DNA of 62,503 bases, the filler included. It is 6 parts of 6 records of this genome, joined end to end, with 100 filler letters (N's around TTAATTAATTAA, not from the genome) between each part and the next. Parts side by side here need not be neighbours in the genome. Positions count along the whole stretch, not along the records: positions 49,523 to 62,503 come from SRR31156797_9222; 5 more parts are not named here. The stretch is one strand, 5' to 3'. Below, one piece after another: positions 60,537 to 62,503 of the stretch. Under the pieces are notes generated by a model that had not been told where the DNA came from, searched no databases, and saw nothing but the letters and a program-made list of their open reading frames with translations. Each line of letters begins with the position of its first letter. Within the stretch, counting starts at the first letter, position 1. The position numbers and the translations under genes were made by a program.

Positions 60537-61325
60537 ATGCTAGACTTCTCAGCCCTTTTTACTTCTGTACTAGCCAACCTAGTTCAAGTATGGTATTTGG
60601 TTCCACTCTTATTAATTATATTATTTTTCAAATTACCATTTGGGAAAGGCTTACTTGGTGAAATGCTTGTTAATTTTATCATAACTATACGACTAGACAG
60701 GCAAAAATACCATTTAATAAAAAATGTCACACTTCCAACAGAAGATGGTACTACTCAAATTGATCATATCATCGTATCTGAATTTGGTATCTTTATTATT
60801 GAAACAAAAAATATGCAAGGGTCTATATATGGTAGAGATAAACAAAAAGATTGGATTCAAAAGATCTACAATACCACTAATAAATTTCAAAACCCATTAC
60901 ATCAAAACTACAAACATATTAAAACAATAGAATCCCTTGGAATAGATCAAAATATAATCTTTTCACTTGTTGTATTTGTGGGAGATAGTAGATTTAAAAC
61001 AACTATGCCTGAAAATGTAACCCTTGCAGGTGACTTTATAAAATATATCAAATCAAAAAAAGAAAAAACAATATCCTCACATGAAATGAAAAAAATAACC
61101 TCTTTGATAGAGTCAAAAAGTGTATCACCAACTTTAAAAACGCACCATCAGCATATAAAACATGTTCAAGAAATTGTACAAGAAAAAAAGAATAAAAATC
61201 TATGCCCAAAATGTGGTAATAATTTAGTTATCCGTATTGTAAAACAAGGAGTAAATAAAGGCAATAAATTTTATGGTTGCACTAATTATCCTAAATGTAG
61301 ATACACAAAATCTATCCTCTCATAA
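60537..61325 (+). CDS. NERD nuclease-domain protein with C-terminal topoisomerase-type zinc ribbon
   Basis: N-terminal TM, GLLGE, TTQIDHI, IETKN, QNPLHQN and CPKCG...FYGCTNYPKC. Confidence 0.9.
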   Translation: MLDFSALFTSVLANLVQVWYLVPLLLIILFFKLPFGKGLLGEMLVNFIITIRLDRQKYHLIKNVTLPTEDGTTQIDHIIVSEFGIFIIETKNMQGSIYGRDKQKDWIQKIYNTTNKFQNPLHQNYKHIKTIESLGIDQNIIFSLVVFVGDSRFKTTMPENVTLAGDFIKYIKSKKEKTISSHEMKKITSLIESKSVSPTLKTHHQHIKHVQEIVQEKKNKNLCPKCGNNLVIRIVKQGVNKGNKFYGCTNYPKCRYTKSILS

Positions 61326-61332
61326 AATAACA

Positions 61333-62503
61333 TCACAACTCCCCAGTAATCCCACTCACATCAAAAAGTGTAGGCTGTTTTACTTTTGGAGGAGCTAAAT
61401 AAGCACTCTTAATAGTATCTTTATACATAGGGATCATCCTTTGATACTTCCCTTTGCAGGTGATAAAATACTGCGCTTTTTTAATAGATATCTTTAACTG
61501 TTTAAGATCACTAAAATCAAGCTTTTTATATCTTCTAGCTTTTAGGATCTTTATCACACTTCTCATACCAATCCCTGGGATTCGAAGAAGTTCCTCTTTT
61601 GAAGCTTTGTTTATCTCCATAGGAAAATATTGTAGATTATTTAAAGCCCAAAACATCTTTGGATCAAGTTCTTCATCTAGATTTGGATTTTCTTCATCAA
61701 CTATCTCATCATAGGTAAAATCATAAAACCGTAAAAGCCAATCCGCTTGATAGAGTCTATGTTCTCTTAAAAGAGGTGGTTTATTTGCTATCATTGGAAG
61801 ATTTTTATCATCATTGACTGGGATATACGCACTATAGTAGACTCTTTTTAAAAGTGCTTTATCGTACATGACTGAACTTAGTTTTAAGATATCTTTATCA
61901 CTCTCAGGAGTTGCTCCAACGATAAGCTGAGTTGACATCCCTATGGGTTTTGATGAGCGCTCCAATGAGATATCTCTTGCTAATCGTAAAGGTTGTAATA
62001 CTTTTTCTTTTGTTTTATTGGGTGCTAGAAGTTTTAGGCTAGTATCACTTGGAAGCTCTATATTTGAGCTTACCCTACTGGCTAAGTTTACTACTTGTTC
62101 TATCAGTTTTTCATCTGATCCTGGGATAAGTTTTACATGGATATATCCATTAAATTTATATTCATGACGTAGGATTTTAAGAGTTCTTAAAATTAAGTGC
62201 ATCGTATGATCTTCACTATCTATAATGCCACTACTTAGAAAAAGTCCTTCGATGTAATTTCTTTTATAAAAATTTATTGTGATATCAGCAAGTTCTCTTG
62301 GGGCAAACGCTGCTCTTTTTATATCATTTGAAGAGCGATTTATACAATAAGCACAATCGTAGATACAATAATTGGTAAGTAATACTTTAAGTAATGAAAC
62401 ACATCTTCCATCTGCTGTAAAGGTATGACAGATCCCACTATTATGAGTCGCTCCTAGTTCTCCTGTTTTATAGTTATTATCACTTCCACTAGAACTACAG
62501 CTT
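61333..62503 (-). CDS. Putative DNA modification/repair radical SAM protein with HhH motif (5' truncated)
   Basis: Frame extends to the window end: SCSSSG...GICHTFTADGRCVSLLK..TNYCIYDCAYC, REHRLYQADWLLRFY and LLRIPGIG. Confidence 0.9.
   Translation of the reverse strand, partial: SCSSSGSDNNYKTGELGATHNSGICHTFTADGRCVSLLKVLLTNYCIYDCAYCINRSSNDIKRAAFAPRELADITINFYKRNYIEGLFLSSGIIDSEDHTMHLILRTLKILRHEYKFNGYIHVKLIPGSDEKLIEQVVNLASRVSSNIELPSDTSLKLLAPNKTKEKVLQPLRLARDISLERSSKPIGMSTQLIVGATPESDKDILKLSSVMYDKALLKRVYYSAYIPVNDDKNLPMIANKPPLLREHRLYQADWLLRFYDFTYDEIVDEENPNLDEELDPKMFWALNNLQYFPMEINKASKEELLRIPGIGMRSVIKILKARRYKKLDFSDLKQLKISIKKAQYFITCKGKYQRMIPMYKDTIKSAYLAPPKVKQPTLFDVSGITGEL

Noticed and set aside
61333-62503. 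Radical SAM gene as a phage DNA-modification (mom-like) function of the element
   Set aside because: It lies outside the TSD-defined right end and belongs to a widespread chromosomal family.

Overview
This window is an artificial concatenation of six unrelated contigs joined by 100-nt N spacers that carry a TTAATTAATTAA linker (6169-6268, 14670-14769, 33282-33381, 38759-38858, 49423-49522). Adjacency across spacers means nothing. Taxonomic labels below are inferred from gene content and composition. (1) 1-6168, Desulfobacterota-like: hybrid histidine kinase, cheR, cheB, REC-GGDEF, and a divergent NAD-glutamate dehydrogenase-like fragment. (2) 6269-14669, Vibrio: luxO, luxU, yvcK, Moco riboswitch, moaABCDE, PAS-GGDEF, CBS protein, udp. 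(3) 14770-33281, Methanosarcinaceae-like archaeon: DRG GTPase, MoeA-PBP, ilvE, tRNA-Arg, modABC, cyclophilin, six pilin-signal genes and a divergent Ig/vWA protein. (4) 33382-38758, Bacteroidota: SDR-folX-folK, a LamG membrane regulator, and a tetraheme cytochrome-FGE fusion. (5) 38859-49422, Bacteroidota: gyrB end, TMEM175, DUF418, PAS kinase, ProX, ferredoxin, PSD-like enzyme, A2M start. (6) 49523-62503, low-GC Campylobacterota-like. The standout is in contig 6: a complete 8,389-bp Mu-type transposable element (50396-58784, TGT...ACA ends, 5-bp TCAGA target duplication). It encodes two XRE regulators, MuA, MuB, GemA, Mor, a major capsid protein and a Mu-type prohead protease, but no portal, terminase, tail or lysis genes, making it a candidate capsid-encoding transposable phage satellite. 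It splits a 557-aa gene that sits inside an attC-bounded, integron-type cassette.
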